A stretch of DNA of 64,000 nt from Lobosporangium transversale (Eukaryota). Of this stretch, positions 62,040-64,000 are shown in pieces. Location of the stretch: NCBI RefSeq assembly GCF_002105155.1, contig NW_019028993.1, positions 434,001-498,000 on the forward strand, in the 5' to 3' direction. The number at the start of each line of letters is the position of its first letter. Position 1 is the stretch's first letter. The notes beneath the pieces were generated by a model. It saw only the letters and a list, made by a program, of their open reading frames with translations, did not search any database and was not told where the DNA came from. The position numbers were made by a program, and so were the translations under genes.

Positions 62040-63197
62040 CGGTCCTGGGGTATAATACGACTTGTATCTCTCACGAATTTTGAACTTGATAAAACCGAGA
62101 TGGGGCTACCCAACAAGAACAAAGAAATATTAATTATTTATTATAAAATTTCATTGTCCCCATTTGGAAATGTTAAGAGCGGTGATTTGAAAGGAAGCTT
62201 TGATATTACTTGCTGATTTGTTTAGCCTAAAAAAAAAAGGCAGTAAAAGATGTGCATGCGTTTAATTGTTTGGCTAAACTAGCATGCTTTCTATTGGGCC
62301 ATTTAGTCTGGTACCAAGCGACGGGCACCGTTCACTGGCTCGATATTTTATCTCATTTTATCACTCCACCCATCACATCGCTCGTTTCGCCTCTTCTAGT
62401 TGTTGACGACCACTATCACTCATTCTCTGGTACTCGTTGCCTCTTTGGCTACCTAATGCATTATACCCTCGCCCCCATACACATCGCATGTCCCCTCCAC
62501 ATTTCTGTTGCAGCAAATCTGAGTAGGGGTATTGGATCAAAACGAAGCATAAACCCAAACATAAACATCGGCCATGCTCTGTGCACGCAACAAAAAGCAA
62601 AGAAAAAAAAAAAAAAAAGTGCTCACAAACGAACAAAGCCATCAGTCAACACGCATTAACCAATCTCTCATTTCCGGTGCCGCATATTTGTGTTTCATGT
62701 TCAATTCGTATATTTTAGCAGCAGCAGGAAAAAAAGCCTGGACACACTCTTAGTGCAAACGAAATATAGGATACCAGAAACCCCAACGGCCCACCCACAC
62801 GACCAAAAGACCAATTTACGATAAATATAGATCCCAGGCAGAGCTTCTTTGGGGACCATCATTCGTTTTGTGCCCACAGACACATTTAACAGCATCTCTT
62901 TTTTTAACATTGACGCGCATATTATCTTAACCTGCGTTGTTAGGCGTGCATATTCTTCCTTGCTTCCTTTTCACTTGCATCTTCCTCCCCTCCTCTCCCC
63001 TTCTTCCTTCCTTCTCTACATTTTTTCTCTCCGTCCTTCCCCCACTTCCATCCTCTCTTTGTTCCCTCTGTTTTACTCTCTTTAATATACGCTCCCTCAT
63101 CATTCCCTTGCATCCCAACATAACTGTCACTTCTTTCTAGCAGAGCATTATTCTGTTTTTATATTTCTCAACTTTATTTATTCTTTCTTAAACAGCC

Positions 63198-64000
63198 ATG
63201 GCTGAAAGCATAGGTAATTAGTGATGTTATAAAATCTTAAACAAATGCAGTGTGCGCTGTACACTCAAGCGTTGGTTAATTGGTCGAATCTTTTCAGTAC
63301 TTCTATCCTTTGTCATCTTTATTACACATTCTCCCCTCTCCTTTTTCAGTCTCCACGCCCCTCTAATGCTCTGTTGTTTATACTCATTGACATAGAGGGC
63401 TCCACAACTATGACCATTGCCCCTGGATTCCCTTCAAGCATAAACAGAGCTGCGGACCACTCCATGGATGAGCCTAGTTCTGTAGGTCAACCAAACTCGC
63501 CTATGGAGGGAGTGATTTCAGCCAACAACGAAGCAGCAGCTTCCGCCGCCATAGCCACTCATATTTCGTCACTCATACCTCACAAGGGTACCAAGAACAA
63601 TATTATGCTGGGGGCAACTTCTATCTCACATACGCTTCCCATGGTGACTGGAAATAACTCTTTAAATCACTTCCAGTCAGATACCACTTCCCTTTACACT
63701 CATATCAACCCTGTTTTTAACCACACTACTTCAGGACTTTTACCGACCTCTGATACCACCAACTTTTCGATCTCCACTATCCCCAGCTCTACCAAAGCAG
63801 CATTTATGGCCATGCATGGCCACAATACCAGCCTTTATGAACCTCCCCGGCGGAACTCGGTCCCTACTCTTAGCACTGGTCAAGTAGAGCACAAGCATAA
63901 GAGTTCCTCGGAAGAAAAGACTTTACAACGCCAAGCATCCTGGTCAAGTTCCTCCTCGTCCTCCATATCCATAAGTGGGTTTCTTAGTGAGCCTCTTTCA
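63198..64000 (+). CDS. 5' part of an unidentified protein (Ser/Thr/His-rich N-terminus), running off the window; exon 63198-63213, then 63396 onward
   Basis: GCCATGG context, ATGGCTGAAAGCATAG|GTAATT donor, CTAAT branch point and TAG acceptor at 63395. The frame then reads EGSTTMTIAPGFPSS... with no stop seen. No domain is visible yet. Confidence 0.55.

Overview
Gene-dense, intron-containing fungal genomic DNA. The gene content, short GT-AG introns and very frequent long A/T homopolymers suggest an early-diverging Mortierellaceae/Mucoromycota-type genome (inference). About 20 protein-coding genes can be built by hand. In order: partial MFSD1-like transporter, IRC3 helicase, YbjQ/UPF0145 protein, a small single-TM protein, EGT1, PGM2/PRM15-type phosphomutase, OCT1, FOL1, a CsbD-like gene, three tandem FAD monooxygenases, an S/T-rich coiled-coil SH3BGR fusion, syntaxin-18/UFE1, a SUN protein, CMR1/WDR76, two tandem GPI-type aspartic proteases, a second CsbD-like gene and a partial gene at the right end. 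There is also a decayed Tc1-like transposon with both TIRs and a MITE-like inverted repeat. The two most interesting signals are in splicing. First, the YbjQ gene needs a GC donor, a 22-nt exon and apparently a 2-nt exon (GG) to restore its conserved sequence. Second, EGT1 carries an 876-nt intron with candidate poison splice paths and mutually exclusive stems, a possible metabolite-responsive splicing switch. All exon structures are manual predictions and no database searches were run.
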